Below are positions 36,050-47,127 of a stretch of 64,000 nucleotides of DNA, piece by piece. The notes below the pieces were generated by a model. It saw nothing but the letters and a program-made list of their open reading frames with translations. It did not search any database and had not been told where the DNA came from. Numbering within the stretch: position 1 is the stretch's first letter; every line of letters begins with the position of its first letter. The DNA lies in assembly GCA_032718475.1 (NCBI GenBank), contig JAUCBJ010001208.1, positions 5,028-69,027 of the forward strand. The letters are read 5' to 3'. A program made the position numbers and the translations under genes. This stretch comes from Nemertoderma westbladi (lineage: Eukaryota; Animalia; Xenacoelomorpha).

Positions 36050-36594
36050 AATATAAAATCTGATTTAAATAAAAAAATCTGATTTAAATAAGAAAAAAGT
36101 GATTTAAATGGGTGACTACAAAACGAAGACCAAAGACCTTAATAATAAAGACCTGCATAATCTTTGAAACATGTGTTAACTTTCGTTCATTGTTTTGGTT
36201 CCCCCAACAAGCCTCTGTAACATGCTCCTTTACTAACCTGTTCCTTTAAATGCAATGTAATCTAACGCTCTTTGGCACCTGTACAAAACAAAGATATAAA
36301 GTCGCGTTACGTCCTAAAGGGGATTAGGTCCCATTGCCATATAGCGTTAGGTCCCATTGCCATTTACAGGAGCAGGTTAGTAAAGGAGCAGGTTACAAAG
36401 GCGTGTTTGGGGAACCAAAACAATAAACGAAAGTTAATACATGTGTTTCATACAGGTCTTTGTTATTTTGGGTCTTTGCTTTTTAGTCACCCGATTTAAA
36501 TGAAAAAAATCTGATTTAAATCAAATAAATCTGATTTAAATAAAAAAAATCTGATTTTTTTTATTAAAAAAAATCATGATTTTTATCAACCCTG
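36050..36594. mobile_element. hAT-like end with a nested foldback MITE (about 36110-36493)
   Basis: ...AAAATCATGATTTTTATCAACCCTG end and GATTTAAAT repeats; internal inverted arms GGGTGACTA/TAGTCACCC and TGCTCCTTTACTAACCTG/CAGGTTAGTAAAGGAGCA. Confidence 0.6.
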
Positions 36595-36597
36595 CCT

Positions 36598-37692
36598 GCA
36601 CCCATGACATTTGCTAGATCATCCGCTTCTTCAAGGCCAGTGTCCTTTAAGATGCGTCTCAAGAAAGTCATGGGCTGCCACCATGCTTATTCAGTCCATG
36701 AGGCTGCCAAAGTATAAGTTTATGCACTGGCTGGTCCTCACGGTGAAAGCAATGTCCTGCAAAGCAGAGGCGATTTTGTTCTAGTGTCAAGCTTGGGGGA
36801 ACCAAAGAGACACCTCCAATGTTATATAGTGTCTGGTTGGAGATGTGTGCATTGTACTTGACACAATGTACCCGGCGTAGCATTCTTGTGAATGTGCCAT
36901 CCAGAGATTTGGTGTCCGCAGCAGTTAGAGCCCAACATGGACTCTCATAGAGAGGTACTGGAACTACTGCTGCTCTAAATAATCGGACCTTAAGTTTCCG
37001 ATTAATTCTCGGTGACTTCCAAATCCTGCAAAGCATATTCAAGGCTGCCCAATGCTTTCCCTTACGCATTCGAAGGTCCTCATCTGACTTCCGGATCCAT
37101 GATCCCAGGTAACATAAGTCGTCCACATGCTCAAGCATACCATCCTTTGAGCTTATGCTCATCCGATCAGAGACTTGCTGAGGACTTTCAAAGTTAACTG
37201 TCAAAAGTTTGGTCTTTCTGGAGTTAATAAAAAGACCAACACTAGAAGCAGCATGTTCTAATGAGCTGAGGAGCCGTTGGGCTCCCTCTAATGATTCTGA
37301 GAGTACTCCTAAGTCATCAGCAAAGTCTAGATCAGTTAGGTACTTGGCAGGATTTCCTCGACTTCTGGAGCCAGTAGGTGGAGTTATCATCACCCCATCA
37401 TCATTATGATGATCTAAGGACGTGCGTAGAACATAGTCAACCACAATTATGAACAAGAATGGTGCAAGTGTGTCTCCCCGGAGGACGTCCCATTACACTT
37501 CAAATGGTTCTCTGTCACCGTCAACAGTAGAGACAAATGTTATCGAACCATCGTATACTGATCTGATTGCTGCAATAATTTCATCAGGAATCCCATATAA
37601 TGAAAGTATGCTGAACATACGTGAGAGAGAGACTGAATCAAAGGCCTTGAAGAAGTCAACAAAGATAACAGCCAGATGCCTATCTTTCTTTT
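36598..37692 (-). pseudogene. RTE-clade LINE reverse transcriptase, truncated and frameshifted
   Basis: FVDFFKAFDS, GDTLAPFLFIIVVDYVLR, DLDFADDL, CYLGSWI, RLCFAGHC. Confidence 0.9.
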
Positions 37693-37874
37693 TTGATAAC
37701 TCTTAAATTATCCTTCGGGTATCCTATGGGCTCCATGGTCCCACGAATGCCGAATTGGCCGAATGCCAAAATAAGGATCACGAGACGAATTACAGAAATG
37801 CTGAAATGTTTGATCCTGTTTAAACACTTAGTTAGTAGGCCTACAACATAGTTAGTACAACATGAATAAACCAT

Positions 37875-38170
37875 GCAGTTAGGTGTATAATAATACTGTT
37901 CGGGTTTGCAATTAGCACAACATTAATTTGACCAAGCAGTTAGGTGTATAATAATACTGTTCGGGTTTGCAGTTAGCACAACATTAATTAGACCTTGCAG
38001 TTAGGTGTATAGTAATACTGTTCAGGTTTGCAGTTACCACAACATTAATAGACAATGCAGTTAGGGCTATGGTATATGTGTAGTCTTTACCACCCTTGTA
38101 CTCTAGCGACCTTCTAGAGAATTGGTTAGTTAGGTGTATAGTTGATTTGCATGCGTCTGGAGCAGTTAGC
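37875..38170. repeat. ~60 bp tandem repeat (3-5 degenerate units) at the left edge of the Polinton
   Basis: GCAGTTAGGTGTATAATAATACTGTTCGGGTTTGCA.TTAGCACAACATTAAT repeated. Confidence 0.8.
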
Positions 38171-38619
38171 ACTTTGGACGAAAAAGAGCTCGTTAGCGTT
38201 TCGAGTGGTTTGCCGGTATACGTGTTTGTGCACATTGATATTGGCTTGGAAGGGTAAGAAGTGCTCTACTTCATGGCCACCTATACAAAGAATTGTATCG
38301 ATTATTTGGGTTCTTATTTCGGGTATTAAATATTTAGCGGGTAAAATTAAGCTCTTGCTGTATAAAAATAGCACAGGTCGATTCACCGTGTCCCATTCTC
38401 ACAAATATTCGAGTGTTTAATATAAAGATGTATGATTATTTATTGATTAAAAATTAAATAGTGTAAGAATATGTCATATTCTCTCATAGAGCCTCTACTT
38501 TCCCTATGGTAGGGAATGGGGAACGATTTTCTCTGTATCATAGCAACGTTGTATAATTATTTAACTCTAGCTAGCTGGGAAGACAGGTAGCAAGCTGGCT
38601 GGAGTGTTGAGTGTGTCTC

Positions 38620-39460
38620 AGTAAATCCAATTGTTGGGGTATAACTATATATTAACATGTATTGATGCCTTTAGCAGGCTTGCTTTTGCCTATGCTATGA
38701 AAACAAAAAGGGTATTGAAATTATTAGTATATTGCAAAAAATATTCCAGAAAGGAAAACCAAACAGAATCGCGACTGATCAAGGGTCTGAGTTTCTAAAT
38801 AAATCTGTAAGAAAATATTTAGATACGTTAGGTATACAGTATTACGTAATGTATTCTGTGAATAAGGCGGCTATTGTCGAGAGATTCAATAGAACATTAA
38901 AAACAAAGATGTTCAAAATTTTTACGCAACGAGGAAATAATGTTTGGATTAAAATTTTACCAAAGCTCATTTATGCTTATAATAGGTCATATCATAGGAC
39001 AATAAAAATGACACCTATTGAAGTTAATAAATTTAATGAAACTGAATTAATGAATAGATTATATGGGAAATATAGACAGATTAATCATAAGAAAATAAAA
39101 TTTAAAGTTGGAGATACAGTACGATTATCTATCGCTCGTACTGCTTTTGCTAAAGGCTATCGAGAACAATGGACACATGAATTATTTATTATTCATCGTG
39201 TCAGGTTGGATAGAGTACCTGCGGTAATGTTCGATATTAAGGACAGCGCTGGAGCTATAATAAATGGCTCATTTTGTTCTCACGAACTCCAAAAGGTCCA
39301 CCCGAATAGTAATATTTATCTAGCAATTGATAAAAATATTGGCAAACTTAAAGAACGTGTACGCAATGGGAAGAATATTTAATATTTAGTAAAAAAGAAA
39401 GAATATTTAGTCCGATTCATCGGATCCAAGAAACAGTCGTGGGTACAGCATATTCAATAA
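38620..39460 (+). pseudogene. Polinton retroviral-like integrase (frameshifted; chromodomain-like remnant)
   Basis: YILTCIDAFSR (other frame), IATDQGSEF, KAAIVERFNRTLK, YNRSYHRTIKMTP, FKVGDTVRLS, KGYREQWT, KKEYLVRF. Confidence 0.9.
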
Positions 39461-39711
39461 GCTTAGGTTTATACTGTATATTAATTCATTTTGGTCACAT
39501 ATGACCGTAATTAATCAATATTAACTCGAATGATATTACTATATCTATAGTTCATCCGTTTTAAATAAAGCCAATATAATATTGATCCCGCGCATATACT
39601 GTAGAAGATGCGACAATGAACGTGGTCACAGATGTCTATAATTTAACATTATACTGTACTGTATGTACAATGGAGTCAAGTAGAGAGAGAGCTTAAATAA
39701 TAATAATAATA

Positions 39712-40584
39712 ATGGCCACAGATACATATATCACTCTACTTTCAGATAGCTCATTAAACACTTACCCCAATAATAATCCTAGTGAGTTTACTGTTGATTT
39801 AGCCGAAGAATTATATATTGGTCCAAACGCTAAAATTGGGCTTGCCGAGCTACAATACCAAGCAACATACAGTAATATTACACTGCAAACTCAAATCTCG
39901 CTGTCAATCGGGGTAGATGCAAAAGATGCCAAATTATATAGTTTATTTCCTGGTATGCATAGCTCTATTCAAGTGATTATTGATGATATAAATAAACTGT
40001 TTAATTCTGAAGCGAAATATAGAGATTTCGAATTCATTTTTAATACAAATAATTCTAGAATTAAATTTAAATTTCCTAAAAAGTTGAAAAAAATACAATT
40101 AAGTCTACGTGGTGATTTAATACAAATTCTAGGCTTAAAACCGTTATTGGATCGGAATCATCCAGGTATTCCGAATTGGGATATATACAGTACCACTACA
40201 GTAGATGAATTAAGCAATATAGAACAGCCGATATTAATTTTAAATTATAGCGGACCAAAAATTTCGGAAATTGGCATTTTAGATTTTCCAGCTCCCACGA
40301 ATATAACACGTAATAAAGACACTATCTTTATATATACAGATATTATTAAGAGCTCATTTGTTGGTGACGCTTTAGCTCCGCTCTTAAGAACCTGCCCTTT
40401 AACGCAATTAAATCGAAAATATATTAATCACGATTACGAGAGCATTTGCTATTACCCGTTGTTGAATAAAAAACTAAAAACAATCTTAATTACTTTACGT
40501 GACGGACAAGGCGAATTAATTAATTTTAGCGGAGGTCGCACTGTTATAACACTTAAGTTAATACGGGGTGGCAGTGATGGATGA
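39712..40584 (+). CDS. Polinton minor capsid (penton-like) protein 1
   Basis: YITLLSDSSLNTYPNNNPSEFTVDL; IFIYTDII..SFVGDALAPLLR; ITLRDGQGELINF..GRTVITL. Confidence 0.82.
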   Translation: MATDTYITLLSDSSLNTYPNNNPSEFTVDLAEELYIGPNAKIGLAELQYQATYSNITLQTQISLSIGVDAKDAKLYSLFPGMHSSIQVIIDDINKLFNSEAKYRDFEFIFNTNNSRIKFKFPKKLKKIQLSLRGDLIQILGLKPLLDRNHPGIPNWDIYSTTTVDELSNIEQPILILNYSGPKISEIGILDFPAPTNITRNKDTIFIYTDIIKSSFVGDALAPLLRTCPLTQLNRKYINHDYESICYYPLLNKKLKTILITLRDGQGELINFSGGRTVITLKLIRGGSDG

Positions 40585-41422
40585 ATTCTACGTAAGACTA
40601 CCAAGTAACTCCTGTCCAATTGATTTTCCCCGCAATAGCGCTAGTAATTATCAGATCAATTTCCATGGCGCCTTACCTATAAACCCAAACGAAAACTGGG
40701 TGGTAGGTATAAAAAGTATATTTTACTTAGCTACGTTGCCGTCCATGTATAACAATGTAGAGAATGTTATTTTATTAAAAAAAGGAAAAAAAAATTTTGA
40801 GGATACACTTCCATCCGGTTTGTTCTACAGTATCAATGACATTATAGATTATTTTAACACGGGGGCATTGAAAGATAAATTACAAATAGTTGAAAATACT
40901 CAGCAAAATAGGTTGCAATTTATTTTAGGGAAAACTGTGCGAGAGTTATTTATAGGTCAACAATTAGCCTATTATTTTGGAATTACTGAAAATAATCTCG
41001 GTGCGAATTTAAATCCAAATTTTAAAATTATTTTGAAGACGAAAAATAATATAAAGGGTTATTTAATAAAGGTTATCGGAAATGGAGAAAAAGCTTACCA
41101 GATGGTATTTTTATGCCCTCAACCACCCAATTCTATTCCAGAACCTAAGTCGAACATGTACGTGACTACTAATATAATTGAAAATCAATATATTAATGAC
41201 TTTGGTTTAGCTTTACTTCGTCGTGTTGCGATACCTGATGACGTGAAATATGGTAGCGTAATAAATAAAGAATTTGTCAAGGATACAATTCATTATATCC
41301 CTGTAAAAAAATCATATAAGATAACATACATTCATATTGAAATAACAGACAAAGAAGGAAAAGATTTGAATTTTGAATACGGGACAACATCTATTACATT
41401 ACACTTTAAACGAATAAATTAA
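40577..41422 (+). CDS. Polinton minor capsid (penton-like) protein 2
   Basis: FYVRLPSNS..FPRNSASNY; MYVTTNIIENQYIND..LLRRV; IHIEITDKEGKDLNF..TSITLHFK. Confidence 0.8.
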   Translation: MDEFYVRLPSNSCPIDFPRNSASNYQINFHGALPINPNENWVVGIKSIFYLATLPSMYNNVENVILLKKGKKNFEDTLPSGLFYSINDIIDYFNTGALKDKLQIVENTQQNRLQFILGKTVRELFIGQQLAYYFGITENNLGANLNPNFKIILKTKNNIKGYLIKVIGNGEKAYQMVFLCPQPPNSIPEPKSNMYVTTNIIENQYINDFGLALLRRVAIPDDVKYGSVINKEFVKDTIHYIPVKKSYKITYIHIEITDKEGKDLNFEYGTTSITLHFKRIN

Positions 41423-41423
41423 A

Positions 41424-41984
41424 ATGGATTCTGATTTATTTCACAGATACAGTAAACCTCAATATGGTGGTGCAGACTCGAATCTTGCTGTTTTTAAAGG
41501 TGGTAGAAGTACGAGAGGCTCGACGCAAGTTCCTGTTTTTCGAGGTGGTTCATATATTGACCCTTACGGTCAACAAATTGGCGCATTTGGTCCAAACTTA
41601 AAACAACGTCATTTTCAGCGTTATCCTAGAGGTATGAGGACAAATCAACACGGAGAAGGTATATTTACAGACGCTTTATCAACATTGAAAAAATTTGGTA
41701 AGCCATTAGCTAAAAAAGTTTTACAAAAAGCTTTACCATTTACCACAAAATTTATGAGACAACACGTAATACCAAAAGGTAAGCGGGTCTTACATCAGCA
41801 GGCTAATACGGTTATTAATAAAGCATTAAATAAAATGAAACCGTCAACAAGGTCAGTTGTAGAAAAAGTTTATAGAGATTTAAAGCGACCCGCTAGACCA
41901 ATGTCTATGAACATATATCATCGACGTAGTAAAAAGAGAAATATAAAAGGCAAACTGAAACACTGCGAAAAAAGTATTTTTTAA
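41424..41984 (+). CDS. Basic core-protein-like gene (PW/adenovirus pVII-like)
   Basis: Arg/Lys-rich; QYGG, FKGG, FRGG and QHGEGIF adenain-type cleavage-like motifs; located between penton and major capsid; ends ..SIF. Confidence 0.65.
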   Translation: MDSDLFHRYSKPQYGGADSNLAVFKGGRSTRGSTQVPVFRGGSYIDPYGQQIGAFGPNLKQRHFQRYPRGMRTNQHGEGIFTDALSTLKKFGKPLAKKVLQKALPFTTKFMRQHVIPKGKRVLHQQANTVINKALNKMKPSTRSVVEKVYRDLKRPARPMSMNIYHRRSKKRNIKGKLKHCEKSIF

Positions 41985-41986
41985 TA

Positions 41987-43246
41987 ATGTCAATTATTAA
42001 GGAATTAGATTTATTTTCTACACAGCCAATACAGACTGAATTTAAAGTAAAGCATTATGAAACAATTTACCCCATATCTAATCTCAGAAGTGAGTCTAGG
42101 GAAGTCACGTTCCTTGTACCGAGATCCAATGAATTCTATACGAAACTGCAAGATGCGTTATTAATTACAAAATGTACTGTACGGTGGGATAGACGACTTG
42201 AAAATTCCCATATATATATGCTGAATTACCCCGCTGAAACTATGTGGAGTGATATTAAAATAGACCTTAATGAGAAGCAGGTTGAAAATAGCAATAACCA
42301 TTATTTCTACAAGTCGTACTTATCCAATTTATTATTTACAACTTACGAGGATAAAAATGGGCTACTGGGTGCGGGTGGCTTTCATCAGCCTTTATCTGAG
42401 CACGGAAATGAAATTGATCCAAGCGCGCATCCTATTGGCGATGCCTTTAGTAAACAAATGCAATTTGTAAGTGGATTGACGATTGATTTTGATACTGAAA
42501 GCAAAATAATACAACCCGGGTATGATTTAAGAATGCATTTTAGAAAAGTATCAAATTCGTTTATTTTTAAAATCACTCCAAACGCAAACGCGGTGACAAA
42601 TCTTCGGCTAGAATTAGATGAAATAAAGATCCTAATCCCTAGAATGGAGGTTAATCCGGTAATAGAAAGCAGTCACCTAAAAGGTTTAGAGAGTTACGAT
42701 ATTGAATATCAATTCCAAAAAAAGGAGGTTACAACATTTACTATTCCCGCTCAAACCACAAATTACACCCAAACAAACATATTTGATGGTAAAAAACCCA
42801 AATTAGTTATTATCGGCTTCATAACAAATAACGCTTATTCGGGAGAATTAATTAGCAATCCCTTGAAATTTGAACATTTTAACCTTAGACGCGCGGAACT
42901 GATTGTAGACGGTCTTCCAGTAGGTGGTGTAATATACGAGCCTAATTTTACAGATGGAACATATATTTTTGAGTATACTCAATTAATGAAGAACATTAAT
43001 ACATATATTAATGGTTATGGAGGTAATAATATAGACCATGAAACCTACTTAGGTAATTGCCCCATCCTATCCTGGGACTTAACCGCCGATGGCTATGTTA
43101 GAGATCCGCAACCGTCGATATATACTAACGGCCAATTAAAATTAAGATTTGCCGAACCGTTGGTTGAAACCATAAATGTAATCGTTTTTAATATTTATGA
43201 TCAATCATTAAGTTTAAATAGCAGGAAAGAAATACATATCGATTAA
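41987..43246 (+). CDS. Polinton major capsid protein (double jelly-roll)
   Basis: ELDLFSTQPIQT..YPI; FDGKKPKLVIIGF..NAYSG..NPLKFEHF; WDLTAD; LRFAEPL.ETINVIVF; 419 aa. Confidence 0.8.
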   Translation: MSIIKELDLFSTQPIQTEFKVKHYETIYPISNLRSESREVTFLVPRSNEFYTKLQDALLITKCTVRWDRRLENSHIYMLNYPAETMWSDIKIDLNEKQVENSNNHYFYKSYLSNLLFTTYEDKNGLLGAGGFHQPLSEHGNEIDPSAHPIGDAFSKQMQFVSGLTIDFDTESKIIQPGYDLRMHFRKVSNSFIFKITPNANAVTNLRLELDEIKILIPRMEVNPVIESSHLKGLESYDIEYQFQKKEVTTFTIPAQTTNYTQTNIFDGKKPKLVIIGFITNNAYSGELISNPLKFEHFNLRRAELIVDGLPVGGVIYEPNFTDGTYIFEYTQLMKNINTYINGYGGNNIDHETYLGNCPILSWDLTADGYVRDPQPSIYTNGQLKLRFAEPLVETINVIVFNIYDQSLSLNSRKEIHID

Positions 43247-43248
43247 GT

Positions 43249-43704
43249 ATGTTATCTACAGAGGACCTTGATATGTTTCCAGTGGGTGGTCACTATTTGG
43301 GAGCGTTTCCAGCTAATAAATTACCTAAATTAGATAATAATAATAAGCGAAGAGATTATGGGTTAATAGTAAATACCGATAAAGAGCATCTGCCCGGGAT
43401 TCATTGGATCGCAATATATATACGAGATAATGAGGCTGAATTATTTGATTCATTTGGATCAAAATATCCAAACAGATGCATCGAAAAATGGCTTGAGAAA
43501 AATTCCGCAAGATGGCGTACTACTCGCAAACAATTTCAAGACCCTAGGCGGACCACATGCGGTCTATACTGTCTTTATTATTTGGTAAATCGAATTCACA
43601 CAAACTATCCAATGAGTGCGTTTACAAATAATGTGGAAATAAATGAAATAATATTATATAAATGGCTTATTAATTATTATAAAATAAACCAACAAGCGTT
43701 GTAA
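43249..43704 (+). CDS. Adenain-like cysteine protease
   Basis: LGAFPANKLP, IVNTD..PGIHW, FDSFG, QFQ..TCGLYC (H-D-Q-C catalytic set). Confidence 0.9.
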   Translation: MLSTEDLDMFPVGGHYLGAFPANKLPKLDNNNKRRDYGLIVNTDKEHLPGIHWIAIYIRDNEAELFDSFGSKYPNRCIEKWLEKNSARWRTTRKQFQDPRRTTCGLYCLYYLVNRIHTNYPMSAFTNNVEINEIILYKWLINYYKINQQAL

Positions 43705-43735
43705 TTAATCATTTAGCTTTTGTTTATCAGATAAA

Positions 43736-44338
43736 ATGGATAATATTATTTTTGTTGATTTTCAATATTTTAAGATAGACAATAAAGAGTATCCGGTAGT
43801 ATTTAAAGAATTTGCTATATTCGATTCTAATTACACCAAAACTAATGTAAAGACGTTTTTAATTAAAGGCCCACCTAATATTAAGTTATCAGCTTTAGAT
43901 GTAGCTCACGTAAACAATTTACGAGACATGACTTCTCATTTGCCCTGGGACTACGGTGACATTTCGCAAGATGACTTTAAAAAATATATGAAGAGACATT
44001 TAAAATATAAAAAAAATATACATGTATTTGGGTTGCTGAAACGGGCAATATTAGTTTCCCAACTTGATGTTCTCGCACCAAATTCGGTGGAGAAATTGGG
44101 AATATATAAGCAATATCATGATTATTTAACCCCCTGTCGCTTCCACGATCAATTTACTACAGTAGAAAATAAATGTGCGTTCCACTTAAACATAAAGGAT
44201 AACTGTCTGCGATACTGCTCAGCAAAACGCATTGGGGGGTATGAGATGCTACACTTTTTCATGAGAAAGCGTTTAACTGCGACTGATGATGATAAACAGA
44301 AAGAAATAACTGCAGTGGAAGATGTACTCATACTGTAG
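43736..44338 (+). CDS. DEDD/RNase H-fold-like protein typical of Polintons
   Basis: IIFVDFQYF..VFKEFAI, HLPWDYGD, IHVFGLLK, C-terminal C..H..C. Confidence 0.55.
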   Translation: MDNIIFVDFQYFKIDNKEYPVVFKEFAIFDSNYTKTNVKTFLIKGPPNIKLSALDVAHVNNLRDMTSHLPWDYGDISQDDFKKYMKRHLKYKKNIHVFGLLKRAILVSQLDVLAPNSVEKLGIYKQYHDYLTPCRFHDQFTTVENKCAFHLNIKDNCLRYCSAKRIGGYEMLHFFMRKRLTATDDDKQKEITAVEDVLIL

Positions 44339-45475
44339 GTTTAACTGCGGTGGAAGATGTACTCTTACAGTAGGTTTACTCTAAGCTTGTAATGTGATGG
44401 GATAATATATTTGTTTTAATGTCAATAAAAAATAATAAAAACATTAAAATCTTTTTTTATATCGCTGTTTACACTCACAAACACAACACACCTACCGGTA
44501 GCCCCCTGTTGTATCAGAGTTTAACTACCAGTAGCTAGCTGACTTTACACATACAGACATATAGAATGGCGGAATGGCGCCCTTCTAGACTGACAGCAAC
44601 CACAAGGCTTTAGCACAAGGCTTACTAAATAATAAAATTAAATTAACTCAACATGGAGGGTTCGTGAATGCCGCATTAGAGAGGCCCACCTAACAATAGG
44701 CCTACTGGTACCGAGGGCCCTGTAGCCCTCTTCCAACCGTATACCAGTACTTGAGGATAGAGCAAGAGCATACCGGTTTCTTTGATTTAAGGATTACACT
44801 ATTACACTTGAATGCTTCCAATTTTCTGTTTACAACTTTAATTGGTCTAATCTACATTACTGCGGGCGGGCTACTACTGTCGCATAGGTAAGCCTATACA
44901 GCTATTGTTAACTTTATGCGGGGCCCTTTTTCACATGTTGACCCAATATGGTTTATGGTTAACCTTTAGTACTCGTGGATAGGTAAGGTGCACTTTCATT
45001 CGGTTAGGCATATAGGCCTAATGACTTACTCCTCAACTGAAAGTTGACTAGCTCATTGATACAATAGGTGTGGTTAGGTACCGGTAGCGCTATAGGTCCT
45101 ATAAAATCCCCTCGCACTCTCTGTTACTAACTTTCTACATTCACTCTATGTTGTATGCTTCTTTACAGTTAACCTTTAGAACTCTTGGTTAGGGGCGCCA
45201 TCATTCAACCAGTCATATAATGGTTCCACTCGGATACAATAGGTGTGGCTCGCAGTATACCTAACTAAGCCTATATAAAATCCACCCCATTCTCTGTTAC
45301 TAACATTCACTCTATGTTGACGGGGGGACTATATAAAACATAGTTAATTTATTTATGTATTCGCTTTTTTTAAATTATATATAAAATAGATTCGGTCTAC
45401 TAAGTTTTATAAGCAACAATAACTGATAACAATAACAACAACAACAACACTAAATTTATTACTGTATTATACTTT

Positions 45476-45892
45476 TTATAGTCCTATATGTGGGTCCCTC
45501 TGTAGAGTTTCCTCCATTACCGGTACCTGTAAATGGTTGTTTATAGGCCTAACTTCTACCGGTCTTTGTGTTGGTATATTGAAGTGAAGCGTATCATCAA
45601 CATCATTCTCCCAATTTTCACTAGAGGGTGAGCTTCCCGATATTTGCGGTTGTATCTTTATAACAAGCGAGAAATCTTTTGAAATTTCAACCTTTGTAGG
45701 CGATAAAGGTAGACCATCTACTTGACCTACTCCATATTCTACCGAAGTAAACCCAATCTCAAATTTGTGGTTTATATATCGCAACTCCATCTCAGCAATA
45801 TTGGATGCTGAGAGATATGTTTCGTCGCTTGATTGCAATTCGATTTTGATACAACTTTTCAACTCACGGTTATTGAAAAAGGCGAATGTCAT
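45476..45892 (-). CDS. Hypothetical Polinton protein (138 aa)
   Basis: ATG-initiated ORF co-oriented with the pPolB block; no recognisable motif. Confidence 0.45.
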   Translation of the reverse strand: MTFAFFNNRELKSCIKIELQSSDETYLSASNIAEMELRYINHKFEIGFTSVEYGVGQVDGLPLSPTKVEISKDFSLVIKIQPQISGSSPSSENWENDVDDTLHFNIPTQRPVEVRPINNHLQVPVMEETLQRDPHIGL

Positions 45893-46575
45893 CTTCGAGT
45901 CGAGGTAAGTTGTCGTCGTCGTCGTAACTAGGTACCGGTAAGAATATCTTTAAATTGAATAGGTAGGCCTACTGATATTTTTTTCTTCTTTTGTTTAACA
46001 AAATTATAGTTCACTGTCAGAAAAATTGAGTTTATATATATTTTTGTAGAGGGTCGCAGAGGTGTACATTACAAAATTCTCATAGTTAACAAAATGCACA
46101 ACATAAACCTTTCCCAGGCGGATTAGCGATATATGCTCTGTTCGTTGTTCTATTCTGAATGTAGGGAGATGCATAGCCGATGTTTTAATGATATGTACCG
46201 GTATACAGACTAGTAACAGATAGGAGGGCATCGTCTTTGACTATGAATGCCAGCACATAGCCCTAATCTTTTCTCACTGAGCTTAGCGTTGCCCGCCGCA
46301 CTCACGCACACTCATAAGTAACAGATGCGCTATTGTAACTCACTCGTGAGCAACAATGCCAAGTTAGCTAGCTAGCTACAGCCCCTGAGTATACTATGCC
46401 TACTTGTGTGTTACAAGCAGCAATCGCTCTACCGAAGTTAATTTCCCCTCAAACTAGTTGTTGATTTAAAAAAAAAAATATTCATAATTTTTTTCCAACC
46501 AATTTAATATATATATATTTTACAGTAAAAATCTCCACCACCAAACAGCAACAACAACAATAAATTTCACTCACA

Positions 46576-47127
46576 CTAATTATATTTTACAACAAAAACC
46601 CTCGCACCAAACAATAATAAATTATTAACCAGTTTGTTGAATATAGGGTAATATATATGAAATTTAAACGGGGAACACATTAATGTACATTTACCGGTGT
46701 AGAAGCAGCAAACAACAACATTATTATTTATTCTGACTTTACAGTTATTGAATATTTCAGGTTCATATATAACTTGAAGTTGCACATTATCAAAGACAAC
46801 ATAAAACCCGGTATTGTTTATCAATAACCTATAGACTACAGACTTAATACTAAAAATATAAGTACATAAATTAACAGATTTTAAAATCAAATTAATACTA
46901 GTTTTATCAAATATATGCTTTTTTACTTTTTGGAAATTATACTTACTGCCTAATAATGTAATACGACCATTTTTAAATATTAATAATGTAGCACCAAATA
47001 TCTTATATATAAACTGATTTGGTTTGAATATGTGTTTACCAGATAATTGATTTTTTAATTCTTTAAAATTAATCGCTAACACTTGCTGGCAACTTATATT
47101 TTTATTTACAATTTGATAATTCATCAT
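46576..47127 (-). CDS. TATA-binding-protein-like protein (183 aa from ATG 47127)
   Basis: Two TBP-like repeats: YQIVN..INFKEL..FKPNQF..GATLLIFKNGRITLLGSK and SVNL..VIYEPEIFN..VVVCCFYTGKCTLM (compare TBP TALIFSSGKMVCTGAK, SYEPELFPG, VLLIFVSGKVVLTG). Confidence 0.72.
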   Translation of the reverse strand: MMNYQIVNKNISCQQVLAINFKELKNQLSGKHIFKPNQFIYKIFGATLLIFKNGRITLLGSKYNFQKVKKHIFDKTSINLILKSVNLCTYIFSIKSVVYRLLINNTGFYVVFDNVQLQVIYEPEIFNNCKVRINNNVVVCCFYTGKCTLMCSPFKFHIYYPIFNKLVNNLLLFGARVFVVKYN

